Source: Eledone cirrhosa
Lineage: Eukaryota
Direction: 5' to 3'
DNA: 64,000 nucleotides
NCBI GenBank assembly: GCA_964016885.1
Contig: OZ024743.1
Span: 199,578,001-199,642,000 of the forward strand
Part shown: positions 14,893-27,609 of the stretch, one piece after another
How positions within the stretch are numbered: position 1 is the stretch's first letter
How the letters are laid out: every line of letters starts with the position of its first letter
The notes under the pieces: model-generated
The model's input: the letters and a program-made list of their open reading frames with translations, nothing else
What the model was told of the DNA's origin: nothing
The model's database searches: none
Program-made: the position numbers and the translations under genes

Positions 14893-15891
14893 TGATTCCA
14901 GACTTGGTAAAATAAAGTACCAATAATTAGTGGTGTTGAATACATCAGAAAGAGAAAAAGGCGGGGGCTCGTTTTGTAATATAACTCTTGGTATACTGCC
15001 TGTTATTAAGAAAATAAATCTGCAAAATAGCAATGGGTGGAATTTCTTTGATCATATGTAGGTCGGAGGGATAAAAATGACTTGGGGTTAAACACAAGAC
15101 AGGGTATTGAATTGAAGTTTTTATTTTATTTTGCTGAAGACTTTTTAAACATACACACATATATACATACTCTGTGTGTATATGTGTGTGTGTGGAGGGG
15201 CGGATAATATATATAAAACTGAAGAAAAACCATTGCATTGCGGTTGAGCTGACTTTCATTTATAAAACACATCATGAGGGCTGCTGGCTTATTTGTTTTT
15301 TCAGCAAGATTGAATGGGAGGGGAGTGATTTAGTATAGTTAAGATCATCATTCCCTTTTAGACCAACAGGGTTTGTTATAAGGGCTATCATATTTTAGCC
15401 AAGGAGCTTCCTTTAGATGTCAAAGATCAGAGGCACAGTTAACTGTAAACAGGCAAGAGAATTGAAAGGGCTTTGTATAAGGTTTTGTCTGAGGTTAAGG
15501 GGTCAACCACCGCTAATGACTTAACAATATGTTAAGTTGCCTGGCTCTCCGTCCACTAGTATATTTAGACTAAGCATATGTACAGGAATTTATTTACAAG
15601 AAACATATACAGGCATGTTCTCACATATCCACATACACATATATTATAATCATACAGACTGTTATATATTTGTCATATAAATATAGGGTTTAGCCAGTGA
15701 GAGTATCTGTACGTGGTCACTCATTCTTCTAGAAATAGCAGTCACATTTCCCTCAAATTATACATGAACATCTTAAAGAGAAACATAATGTATTCAGGAT
15801 AATGAAGTACTAAATACACTATGGTTTAAATTTCAATCTCGCATTAATGATTTCATAAATGAAGAATAGTTGATGAAGATTGCTGCTTTGG

Positions 15892-15932
<41 letters not shown>

Positions 15933-15961
15933 GTGTTACATCTCAGTGTATGTCATGTATC

Positions 15962-16024
15962 ATTATATTTTGTCTGATGAGGACGTACTGTTGTACATCC
16001 GAAATATGTATAATAAAATGTAAT
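15962..16024 (+). ncRNA. Minimal type I hammerhead ribozyme, core intact
   Basis: Stem I ATTATATTTTGT/ATAAAATGTAAT (12 bp including G-U). CTGATGA at 15974-15980. Stem II GGACGTAC-TGTT-GTACATCC (7/8 pairs). GAAA at 16001-16004. Minimal stem III TATGTA. Predicted cleavage at AUA after 16012. Confidence 0.85.
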
Positions 16025-16057
16025 TGATCAAAAGAACATCTATTTTATTAATATTTG

Positions 16058-16131
<74 letters not shown>

Positions 16132-17322
16132 TATATATATATATTAGAAGTGTTAACGGTATGCTATATATATAACAAAGGAATTGTGGTAAGGAACAAG
16201 ATGGACCATAACGCACCATAGTACTCAATACTTAGGGTAGTCGGTATATATATATATATAGCATACCGTTAAAACTTCTAATGTATTAAATTAAACAAGC
16301 CTGACAGATGATCATGATCAAGGCTTAAATGTTTTTGTTCATATGTCTGCTCGATCAGGACTGACCTGGGGCTAAACAGCAATCTTCAAAATTTTGTTCA
16401 CATAAGTCCTATCTATCTATCGCTCAAAAATTAACTATCTATTTATTTATCTCTCTCTCTATTTATCTCTTGCTTACTCTCTTTATCTATATATCCCTTG
16501 CTTACTCTCTTTATCTATATCTATTTAGTCTCCCTCCCAGACACATAGCTTTTGTCTTACAATCGCACAGAAGCTATAATCTCTCCAATCTCTCGCTCTA
16601 TGTCCCCCCATCTCTTTCTCCCTTCTCTCTTTCTCGTTGTCATATGCAACCAATTCCTTTAAGACCCCCTTCCTTCCTGTCTTTGTCTACTCTTGGAATG
16701 GCTATTGTTTTCTCACAGAACACTCAAATACTGCCATTTCTAATATTTTCAACACTCACACATATTCATTTCATTTCATTTATTTTTCATTATTACTATT
16801 ATTATTATTATTTATTTTTATTTTGTTGGCATGCTAAGCTTAGAGATAACAATCTTCCAAACTGAAATTATGGTAATCTTAATAATTCTTGAAACAAGAC
16901 AATGTTTCGTCTTCTTCGCGTGGTTTTTGTTAGAATTGTTGTATTGTGAACAATAAAGAAAATATTGTGAATTATCAGGGGTGTGTGAATGTGTAAAGAG
17001 GTTGACACAATGTTTGGGAGTATTTAGTCACTCTCTTTTGTACTGAGATCAAATCCTGTAAAAACTGGTTTCTTCCAGGATATAAAATACCCAACAGAAA
17101 CTAATATCAATTTAATCGACTCTTCATTGCTTTATAGAGTAATTTGTTTCTACGTGACCATTTGATCTGCTATACACTGTAGCTCCTTCATATCGTAGGC
17201 ACATTTAAACAACCTTAAAAAAGGTCACATTAGATAATTTATAAGGAATTGATCATATCTGGAAAGCTTCTATTAGATTGAGCTAGGATTAAACAACAAT
17301 TGGTATTATATAAATATATAAT

Positions 17323-17494
17323 TATTTCTATTTTTGGCACAAGGCCAACAATTACCCAGTGTATTACTGGTACTTTATTTTATCGACCCCATAAGGATGA
17401 AAGACAAAGTTAACCTCGGCGGGATTTGAACTCAGAATGGCAAGGGCCGTAACTATGCGTCAAAGCATGGCCTCCGACCCTCTACTGCTAATCC
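17323..17494 (-). mobile_element. tRNA-derived SINE, same family, 11 bp TSD
   Basis: Reverse copy. TSD AAATATATAAT at 17312-17322 and 17495-17505. Confidence 0.88.
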
Positions 17495-17629
17495 AAATAT
17501 ATAATAGTTATTAAATATGATAATAGCGGTGAATTGGCAAACTAGTTATGGCATTAGACAAAATACTTTGCGGCATTTGTTACAGCTCTTTGTGTTTTCG
17601 TTTCCAATCCTTCGCCTTTTATCTTTGTC

Positions 17630-17930
17630 GAGAATCGTGGAGGCAGAGTCTTCAAACACTCTTTCCAGCGGGTCCTGTCAGAAGCAAACCATCTCCAACT
17701 GATTCGACTGGATTCCCAAGCGGGACTAGCCAAGCTCATGGATGTTATTCAGCTATATTGCTCGGGGGTCTACCCCTGGGTTTCCTGCTGGTTGGTTTTG
17801 CTCATAAAATCTGTCCAGTGATTCTTTCCTGAGACATTCTATCTTAACAACTTCTATCATTGTCGAGGTGATACTGCATCACACAAGGCCAGACATTGAA
17901 CAGCATCGAGATGTGTTGCGTACAATCTAT
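17630..17930 (-). mobile_element. RTE-clade (Expander/Rex3-like) LINE ORF C-terminal remnant
   Basis: Minus-strand translations KPTSRKPRGRP and WRWFASDRTRWKECLKTLPPR resemble the RTE C-terminal RPRGRPR...W...A.DR..W...L.LLPPR pattern. Contains frameshifts and stops. Confidence 0.65.
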
Positions 17931-18057
17931 GGTGTCCACATTGAAGGGCTCTGATGATTTTAATAAAACTTCACCTATCTTTTCAAATCATCTCTTTCAA
18001 GTTATCTTCTGAAATTTTCAAATTGTAAAGACAGTTTATGTATGCGTGTATATATAT

Positions 18058-18108
<51 letters not shown>

Positions 18109-18171
18109 CACACACGCACACATAAACTGTCTTTACAATATATATAACATAGGATCTCTCTCTCTCTCTCT

Positions 18172-18230
<59 letters not shown>

Positions 18231-18741
18231 ATGTGTGTGTTTGTATTCATAGATGTGTGTGAATTATGTTGTATATGTATGTATGTATGTGTGTGTGTTG
18301 CTTCCCATCCACCCCGCCAATATATTCTACCCGCCCACCCAAAACTTTACTCCTCCCTCGCCCTTCCAGTCTATTGTCTACTGGTGACATACTTCACTAG
18401 CCCAAAATGAGCTGTTAAACTTGTTAAGTGTTGCCCTGCCCCCCCCCCCCAATCGCTATTTATTGGTCATGTATAAAGGCATGCACCCCTACAATTCTCC
18501 TCCTCCTCTTCTTAGCTAGGCCTGATATGTTACTGGTGAGGACGGTGGGGGTTGTCATCACGGGCGGGGGGAGAGAGAGAGAGAGAGAGCAGAATATCTC
18601 TCATCGCCACTTCACCACTAACGCCAACCACTCCTGCTTGGCAGTCATTGGATGTGTGACAGAGCGGGAGGGTTTTGGGTTCCAAGTGTTTCAAATCTCT
18701 CCCTCGTCCTCTCACACCCTCTCTCTATCTATGTGTATATA

Positions 18742-18778
<37 letters not shown>

Positions 18779-19219
18779 TCATCTCACCCCCCTCTCTCTA
18801 TCTATGTGTATATATGTCTATATATATATATAGAGAGAGTCATCTCACCCCCTCTCTCTATCTATGTTTATATATATATATATATATATATCTGTCATCT
18901 AGCCATTACTACAACTACTACTATTATTGTTATTATAATAATAAACTCGGTAGGGGTGGCATTAACAATCACAACAACAACAACAACAACAACAGTAACT
19001 GTGATAGCAGCAGAAGCAGCAGCAGTAATAGTAACATCAACAGGTTTAGTTTAGAGACTGTTTAAAGAACACTAATGCCTGTCTCAACATCACATATATT
19101 CCAACCTGCTTCTCCAGAGAAACACCTTCTATCCTCTTTGATTATGGCTCCCTGGTCACTATACCCAGATATTCTAGGTAATATATAGATACATATATCT
19201 AAATAATTAATCACACACA

Positions 19220-19220
19220 G

Positions 19221-19255
<35 letters not shown>

Positions 19256-19429
19256 AGTGTGAGTATATATGTGTGTGTGAGTATATATGTGTGTGTGTGT
19301 GTGAGTATATATGTGTGTGTGTGTGTGAGTATATATGTGTGTGTGTGTGTGAGTATATGTATGCGTGTGTTAGTATACGTATGCGTGTGTAAGTATATAT
19401 GTGTGTAAGTATATATGTGTGTTTGTAAG

Positions 19430-19466
<37 letters not shown>

Positions 19467-19720
19467 ATGTATGCGTGTGTTAGTATATGTATGCGTGTGT
19501 TAGTATACGTATGCGTGTGTAAGTATATATGTGTGTTTGTAAGTGTATATATGTGTGTTTGTAAGTATATATATGTATGTATGTATGTATGTAAATATAT
19601 ATTTATGTGTGTATATATATATATATATATATACACATAAACATTTATATATATATATATTGTATATATATACACAGTATATAAAATATATATGATAAAC
19701 AATATATACATTATGTATGC
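19220..19720. repeat. Degenerate TG/TA micro- and minisatellite
   Basis: Seen directly. Confidence 0.9.
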
Positions 19721-20121
19721 TGTATATTATACCCCATATATATAATATATGTATGTCTGTCTGTTATGTTTGTTGTAACCAGTTAGCTGGATGTTCTTTT
19801 ATACGAAAGTCTTGTCACTTGTATAGCTTCATAAATGTTTTGTTTGTCCCGTTTGAACACTGACACACACACACACAATGTCTATATCTATGTATACTTA
19901 TATTGTAAATCAATACTGTTCTTTTTTTTTTTTTTTATTGTCGTTCGTTTTCGTTTTTTGTTTTTTTTGCGTGGGACTGTACTGGCTACAATAATGACAT
20001 CCCATTCTTGTGTAAAGTCAGATATCTGTGTTTTTAACCCCAAACTCAGTAGATAACAGATGTTAGTTGTTGTTGATAACAATAAGATGCAGACGATGTC
20101 GTAGAAATAGTAGTAGAATTA

Positions 20122-20153
<32 letters not shown>

Positions 20154-20195
20154 TTCAAAATATTGATAAATATAGACATTCAACGTAATCAAAAT

Positions 20196-20263
20196 ATATT
20201 TTATTATATATATTTCGGAGGTACTGTGCTGTTTTTTCAGTACGTCTTCATCAAATAAAATAT
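20196..20263 (-). ncRNA. Degenerate hammerhead of the 1489/15962 family
   Basis: Reverse complement reads ATATTTTAT-TTGATGA-AGACGTACTG...CAGTACCTCC-GAAA-TATATA-TA-ATAAAATAT. Core C3 is changed to T. Confidence 0.65.
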
Positions 20264-20270
20264 ATAAATT

Positions 20271-20303
<33 letters not shown>

Positions 20304-20368
20304 GGAAAAAGTATGACCCCGACGGCAGAGTTTCGACGGCTATTTCTCGACAGAAATAGCCATCGGAA

Positions 20369-20420
20369 TGAGTACTCTGGTGCGTTATGGTCCACCTGGT
20401 TCCTTACCACAATTCCTTCG

Positions 20421-20425
<5 letters not shown>
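20369..20425 (+). mobile_element. TA-abutting tail fragment; second copy at 16166-16230 (-)
   Basis: tgagtact(c/a)tggtgcgttatggtcca...ttccttaccacaattcctt(c/t)gttatata is present at both loci. A related sequence lies near 42185-42230 (-). Confidence 0.6.
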
Positions 20426-20458
<33 letters not shown>

Positions 20459-20665
20459 ATGAAGTATCCCAGATTCGTATAGTTCGAAAAACACGATGTT
20501 TGTGATGCTAACATCTTTGTTGTTGTCGTTATTCCGCTGTTTTATGTAATCGATCTCTACCTCTTCCAACCCAACCCTTCTATATGTCGCCTTGTGCTTT
20601 TTGCATCATTCTCTCTCTCTATATATATTTATGTATATAATATATTCGTCTCTCTCTCTCTCATA

Positions 20666-20742
20666 TATTGGGTCGTCAAGTATGAAATTTGTAGTGAGGT
20701 ATATGGTCAACTGTCTTTTTTCTACAAATATTATATTTGACG

Positions 20743-20750
<8 letters not shown>
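20666..20750. mobile_element. Very short Tc1/mariner-type MITE; second copy at 31641-31732
   Basis: TIR TATTGGGTCGTCAAGTATGAAATTTGTAG...CTACAAATATTATATTTGACGATCCAATA, with the same TIR at 31641. Confidence 0.7.
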
Positions 20751-20773
<23 letters not shown>

Positions 20774-20774
20774 G

Positions 20775-20910
20775 CTTTCGGATAGAATGTTGTACGGTGT
20801 GTTCCGATGTTCAGCATTCTGAGTTCAAATCACACTGCGGGTCAACTTCGCCTTTCATTTCTTTCCAGGTCGATAAAAAATATCACCAGTTCAGTTCTCG
20901 GTCGATTCTC
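20775..20910 (+). mobile_element. Diverged tRNA-derived SINE
   Basis: ctgagttcaaatc...gcctttcat...ggtcgataaaa. Confidence 0.7.
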
Positions 20911-21057
20911 TTTTTTCACTTCTTTTCTTTTGTATGTAAAAGAAATTGATTATTCAAACGGGGGAGGGGGGGGGATAGGCTCCGCCAGTTTAACATGTCG
21001 AAGACACACCCTATGTCACCCCCCTCCCCTACGACAGGGGGTTACGCCCCCTCCCTT

Positions 21058-21093
<36 letters not shown>

Positions 21094-21199
21094 CCATCCT
21101 CACTGTTTTTATGTCCGTTCTTCCACGCTAGCATGGGTTAGACGGGTTGTCCTGTTGTGGGCAGTGTCCGGTCGGCTGACCTTGTCTTGCTCATACAGA

Positions 21200-21452
21200 T
21201 ACTGAAGTAAAAGTTTGGTAGAAATATCCAAGAGTAAGAGCACTCAGTCCATAGGACGAGTTTAGTATAAATAATTACAACAGTGACATAAACAGGTACT
21301 CAAGTTTCGTTGGGTTCTGGGCCCCAACTCATTCAGCCTGTCATGAGAAAATTAAAAACAAAGATCTCAGTTTTAATTGTTCTCATGACAGGCTGAATGA
21401 ATTGAGACCTAGAACCCAACGAAACTCGAGTACATGTCACTATTCTAATTAT
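21200..21452 (-). mobile_element. Fold-back element with variant hammerheads (CTGAATGA core) on both arms
   Basis: The - arm (21292-21341) reads ACAGG-CTGAATGA-GTTGGG-gcccagaa-CCCAAC-GAAA-CTTGAG-TA-CCTGT. The + arm (21386-21439) has the same core with palindromic CTCGAG and an eroded stem II. Confidence 0.65.
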
Positions 21453-21462
21453 TTTGTGTGTG

Positions 21463-21503
<41 letters not shown>

Positions 21504-21511
21504 TCCATGTT

Positions 21512-21571
21512 ATTCATTCTGACGACTGAAGACAGATATATCTGTCTCCAAGATGCCACTGGTAAATGAAT
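21512..21571 (+). ncRNA. Degenerate hammerhead (GAAA replaced by GATG)
   Basis: ATTCATT-CTGACGA-[ctgaAGACAGA-TATA-TCTGTCTccaa]-GATG-CCACTGG-TA-AATGAAT, with a perfect 7 bp stem I. Confidence 0.6.
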
Positions 21572-21592
21572 TATCTTATGTTGTTTATTACA

Positions 21593-21631
<39 letters not shown>

Positions 21632-23805
21632 GATAGAGAGAACGAAACGTATATGGAAGTATTTGTTTATGTATAACAAACAGACATGTCTCGTTGTGGG
21701 TCCAACCCTGATCATATCGTAGCTACCTCTGTATTTCAGAATTTATTAATCCATCATTAGATTTAAATAAGCTGATGGCTAAACTAGGGACTAAGTCCGA
21801 AATACTGTGTATGTTCTCTCTCTTTCATTCACTGCCCCCGTCTCTCTCTCACTATTATACGCAAATGGGAGTCTCCGCGGTCCCGTTGGACAGATGGTTT
21901 ATATAGAGATTTTTACAAATACATTTATGTTGATGCTCATTTACATATAGTGTGAGATTGACAGACTGTTATTTATTAGCAATAGCAACAAACTGATTGT
22001 TGCTTTATCATTTGTTAATAAATGTTATTAAAATCACAAAGTCTTTCATTAGATAAGCTTGTTTTATATTGGTGGCATTTAATCCTTTTAATAACAACCC
22101 AGCCAAAACCACCAATTTTAAAGATCCTTATAAGAGCTCTAGCTTTAAACCCTCTTGATTCTGACTCACTTGAAAAGGTTTGTAGTTTTGTGATACAAAA
22201 CTGACCATTTTAAAGTATATAAAATGTTCCTATCATAATTTTATGCAAGAACTTTTGTTCATAACAACTGATTGCCATTCTAATATATTCTCCTCCATTT
22301 TGTTTTCCCTTTTAAATTAAAACAGCGTCTTTCGTTGGAAATATGGTTGTGAAAGTTCTAATATATTTGTATCTACTTTCTTTTAATGAAAGGCGGGATG
22401 GAAGCTGCTTTATACAAACTTACTGTCTTCCAACAAAAAGAAGAAAAAAAAACAGAAGCTATTTAAGAAGAGGAGAAAGAAAGAAAAGATTGAGAATTAC
22501 CCCACCCCCTTCCCTGTCCTGCCCTGCCCCCACAATAAAAGTGGCAATGGCTTTTTAAGGATCGTCCTTATAAAGAAAAACAAACTAAATTGGGTATTGG
22601 ATTCAAGGAACTATGTGTGGGTATGTGTGAAAAAGAAATTTGTATTTAATTACAGACAAGGATACATTCTTCTTCTATTGTTTCATTGTTTTCAGCCAGT
22701 GGTTCCTCCCCTCCCCCACAACTACCGGAACTTCAGGGACAGCTGAAACCTGATCAGAAAGCTTTACTGTTTACAGAATTCTGTATATTCAAACTTTCAC
22801 CACCACAAGCAGGCTAGCCATCTACCCAATATTCCTGTCCACCCCAAACATACACACATTACAATCATTCTTACAAAAAAAAACCCTTATCAACACACCA
22901 AAAAGAAAAAGAAAAAAGATGTATCCTTTTGCCCTTTTCATGCTACTTCAACCCACTATACTGTGTCTAGCACTCTTTACCTTACCACCCTACATACATC
23001 ACCACCACCACCACACCACACCACTAGAATAATTGCTCTGAACCATTCCAGCTGGTCTGGTCAATTTTATCTTTTATTTAGCCTCTGCTTGACCTTAAAA
23101 TCTAAACTGAGAAAGACCCCCCCACACACACACTTTACAACCCTACTTTATCCTCAACCGCTCCACCACCCATAATTTATTTATTTACCATTATTGCTAT
23201 AGAAATAAATTTAGTTACTGAAACAATACGCCGTCCCAACATAGTGATGGTGTTAACATCAGAAGCACCAATAATGGTCAGTATTTGACCCTCAGGTCAG
23301 CACACACACCCAGCAGATTTATGTGCAAAGGCTACAATCAATCGGTTTTGTTTTCCACAAACTTTCCGGGGTTTTTTTTTCTTTCAAAGATGAAAAGATC
23401 TTCATCAGACATATATTCTTATCTTTATGACTATAATTTATACCAATATATATTCTACAGACTCAACGATTTTTTTTTTTTTTTTTTTTTTTTTGTCCAG
23501 AAACTAAATTTCATACTCTGCACATATATATATCGAGTGGTCATTCAGTTAATGTTTGAGCGTTTTAAACGTGCATAACAGGTCTCTCTCTATATATATA
23601 TAAGTGGTAGAACACTGGGAGGTTATATACATGGGTAATTCTCAAGATTCTTGAGATCATCTTTTAGATGCTCCCGAGAATAATTTAGCTATCTTGATAT
23701 TTACAATCCATCACAGTGCCCCACACAAGGTTAGTTTAGAATGCTACTCCACTCTGAAGGATAGACGTACGAATTTGCATGTTTGTTTGCACCCCCCCCC
23801 CCCCT

Positions 23806-23881
<76 letters not shown>

Positions 23882-23959
23882 ATTCAAATAACCTCAAGAT
23901 TGATGTTTCATTTGGGATTAAGCTGGTTGGATTAATCTACTAAGATCGCGGCGGGATTT

Positions 23960-24110
23960 GAACGTTCTATGTTCAAATCTCGCAGAGGTTAGCTTTGCCT
24001 TTCGTCTTTACAGAGTCGATAAAATAAAGTACCAGTAACGCACTGGGGTCGTTTTTTATCGACTTTTCCCTCTACTTCAAATTGCTAGACTTCTGCCAAA
24101 AGTCGAAACA
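23960..24110 (+). mobile_element. tRNA-derived SINE, long-tail variant
   Basis: Family core sequence. Confidence 0.8.
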
Positions 24111-24297
24111 ATCATCATGTATTAAATAAGAAATATTTAGTTTACATATCATGGGCTCGCTCATTCTTTTCGTAATCACTAATTCATACTGAATTATATA
24201 TATATATAGTGAAAAATTGAACGGGAACAAAACAGAGAAGCAGTCCGAACAAAGGTTTATTAATTTCACGCTCTTGAGAGTGGGGTGGTGGTGGGGA

Positions 24298-24329
24298 ACG
24301 ACGTTTCGGGCATAAGCCCTTCTTCAGGT
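24298..24329 (-). ncRNA. Minimal hammerhead motif within repeat ~24205-24520
   Basis: Reverse complement reads AC-CTGAAGA-A-GGGC-TTAT-GCCC-GAAA-CG-TC-GT. GUC cleavage triplet. Stem I is only 2 bp. Confidence 0.7.
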
Positions 24330-24903
24330 GAAAAGTGTGTGGGAAGAGAGTTCAAAGGACGTGAGAGGAAACGGTGCAAATGAAATTAAAAATAAAGGCA
24401 TGATCAAATTAAAATGGGGTAAAACAGGTGGTGGAAGGGTGTAGGGGTGGTGGCGGGTGGGGAGAGGGAGACGGTGTCCAAGCGGGGAGGGCTGAAGGTG
24501 GTGTGTGTGTGTATGTGAAAGCAAGGGTTGGGGGAAGAACGGGGTTGCATGTTCAGGAAGAGGTGTGTGTGTGTGGTGGGGTGTAGGTCGGAGTGTGTGT
24601 GCGTGTGTGGATAGAGGGGGGGGAGAGGATTCCGGAGGCTGAATGTGTAAATATGTGGTGGTACGCATGTGTGTGTGTGGTGTTTATGCGTGTTGTGGAT
24701 GTAGGTGGCGTGTGGCAAAAAAAATGTTTGGGGTGAGTCATAAAGGTAATTCCGTAAAAAGATGTGGTGGAATGCTGAGTAAAATCCTGGGATGCGGATA
24801 TATATATAACCATGCAACCATGCCCATTACGAGCTGAGGATCCGCTAAGGTGAAACCATTGTTATCGGTATGGTGAACCAACTGTTATGTAACCACTTCT
24901 TTC

Positions 24904-24932
<29 letters not shown>

Positions 24933-24936
<4 letters not shown>

Positions 24937-25070
24937 TTGTTTCTACTTTAGGCACAAGACCAGCAATGAAAAGCAAAGTTAACCTCGGCGGGATTTGAAC
25001 TCAGACTGTAAAGGGACGTAACTATGCTAGAAAGCATGGCGTCCAACCCTCTACCGATACTGCTAATTCA
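24933..25070 (-). mobile_element. tRNA-derived SINE with internal deletion
   Basis: Reverse family copy. Confidence 0.8.
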
Positions 25071-25575
25071 TGCTATATAACTCCCCAGTTTCGAATCGTT
25101 CTGAGTTCATTTTCTCCAGTTGACTCTGCTTTTCATATTTTCGGTGGGGGTAGAAGAAATAGTATTTTACAGAGATCCCCAGCGTGGCTACTGTCAAATG
25201 ACTAGAACTGGAACTAGTAGAAAGAATATCTTTACATTAACACCGTTACATGTATAGAAAACTGTTGTCATCACCAACAACGATGGCAGTGGCGGTGACG
25301 TCATCATTGTTTTAACATCGTTCATTTTATCTCATGCTGACACAAGAACAAAGCAGAGCTATTATCATCACTCCTTGCTGCGACTCTCTACCTCTCTGCT
25401 CGATCTCACTGAGCTCCTCCACTACTTGGGAGACTGTCATTCATCCTTGGGGGCCCCTTGGTGGTTATATAAACAAATCATTAATTACTCTCATCAATTG
25501 CACACAATACTCCCCACTTTGGTCTGCACTAATGGAAAAAACAGACTTTCACATAGTCACACATTTGTGCCTGTG

Positions 25576-25633
<58 letters not shown>

Positions 25634-25635
25634 TG

Positions 25636-25671
<36 letters not shown>

Positions 25672-27235
25672 AATACATATAAATATATATAAATACATAT
25701 AAATATATATAAATACATATATATATATATAAATATATATATATATAAATATATATAATAGTATATATATATAATAGAATATATATATATATTTATTTAT
25801 ATTATGTATGTGTGTGCATATAGATACATGCATATGTGTGTGTGTGCACATGTATATTTACATACATCCATAAACACATTATAGTCCTGAGCTCAATCTC
25901 ACAAACCCAATCATTTCAACGTATCTTTAGTCTCACGACCCACCACTTCATCTAATCTACATCCCTAAGTTCTCTTGGAAAGTGTCAAAAAGGCCATATA
26001 CAGATCTGACATCCCAGTAGAAATGTGTCACTTAGCTACGTCAGTGAACCTAAACCTTACTAGTCTCCTAGGGACTTCTAATCTGTGGAGATATTAACAC
26101 ATACTAATCCTTTAAAGGTTTGCGAGCTCTAGTGCAGATATTTTTTTCGATGTTTTAAACTTCTGTTTGGTCATCTACATTGTAGTTTAGACAAAGGTTA
26201 GGAGTAATCCAGTTAGTGCATAAACCTGCACGGAATAACGCCTAGATCCTACCTTATTGTCTTTGAACAAAGGTCACACTGTATGATGAAGAACTAAATA
26301 AACTACATACGAGAAAAGAAAGCGTGATAGTCATGGCTGGTATTCAAATAGAGAAGTGATGAAAACTCTTAAAGCTTAACATCTTGTAATGTTTTAGCTG
26401 AGAATATTTAAAAAAATGAGTTTATTAATTCAAATATTTATAGCGGCTTTACTAGTGGACAGATCATTGTGCAAACTTGCTTCATAGACTTGAATTTTAT
26501 ATTTTTAAAGAATTCCTTGCTAATATGGTTACAGAACGTTACAAAGTAATTCAAAATATAAAGGAAGTTGAGTTAGCCATTGGCGCTGCTTATATACGGC
26601 CACTTGTTCTGCTTGAAATGGTAGCAAAATCCCCTCTTTGTCCACTCTTAAAATTAAAAATAAACGAAGGAAATTAAATAATGTAGTCCTAGATAGACTT
26701 TGTCTGAGAGAAAGAAATGGTGTTCACAGCTGGAACACTGTTGATAAATTTGCTTTATCACTGTTGCTTATTAATTGTTCTACGAAGATTTCATCTGGCT
26801 GGAAATACATGCACAAAGCTCTATACAACTACACATATTGTGTGTCTATATATATATATACATACATGCATAGGGTGTATGTGTGGTGTATATATTTTAC
26901 TATAAATATGTTAGCACAAGATGCGTGTGTGTATGTATATAAATATTTATGTATTCATATGTGTGAGTGAGTGCCAGTATGTTCATAGTAAAAATGGACA
27001 CATTATTTTTAGATAAGGTCTACATTCAAACAATGGGGCTTACATATTCGGCAATAAACTAAATACACATATATACACAGAGATATTTATTCACAGCAAG
27101 CTACATATACACTCACATGGTAGTATTCAAAAGTAAATGCGTACACAAATGTATACATATATACATTGAACTAGAATCAAGCACACTATATATACATATA
27201 TTTATATATACACACACATACATATATGTATATAT

Positions 27236-27283
<48 letters not shown>

Positions 27284-27609
27284 TTCGTATGCTGCCAATT
27301 AAGACTGGTTTTCTCTCTTCTCTGCCTTTCCTTGTTTTCCTTTCTCCATTGGACAATCAAAGGATGAATTAAACATCCAAAAATAGATGACAGCTTTCAG
27401 CACAACACTACAGCGGAAATGTTGAAATTCCAAATGAATCAAAATCTTTAAAATGTCTACCCCCACCCCACCCACTCTCTCTCTCCCTCCCTCTCCTCAA
27501 TACATTTGTTTTATATACCTACGTATATACACTATAATACACAATTTCACAAATGGTATAGCATTGGTTGAAATGGGAGGGTGCCATTTATTACACTATG
27601 TACTAGATG

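Noticed and set aside
18428-19065. 208 aa and 137 aa ORFs with poly-T/N/S runs; considered as the SoxD Q-rich exon
   Set aside because: Built from (ACA)n/(GCA)n and TA repeats. The poly-Q frame hits TAA immediately, and there is no SoxD similarity.
24404-24817. Minus-strand ORFs upstream of the 24298 hammerhead, checked for GIY-YIG or RT remnants
   Set aside because: Low-complexity His/Thr/Pro translations with no recognisable motifs.
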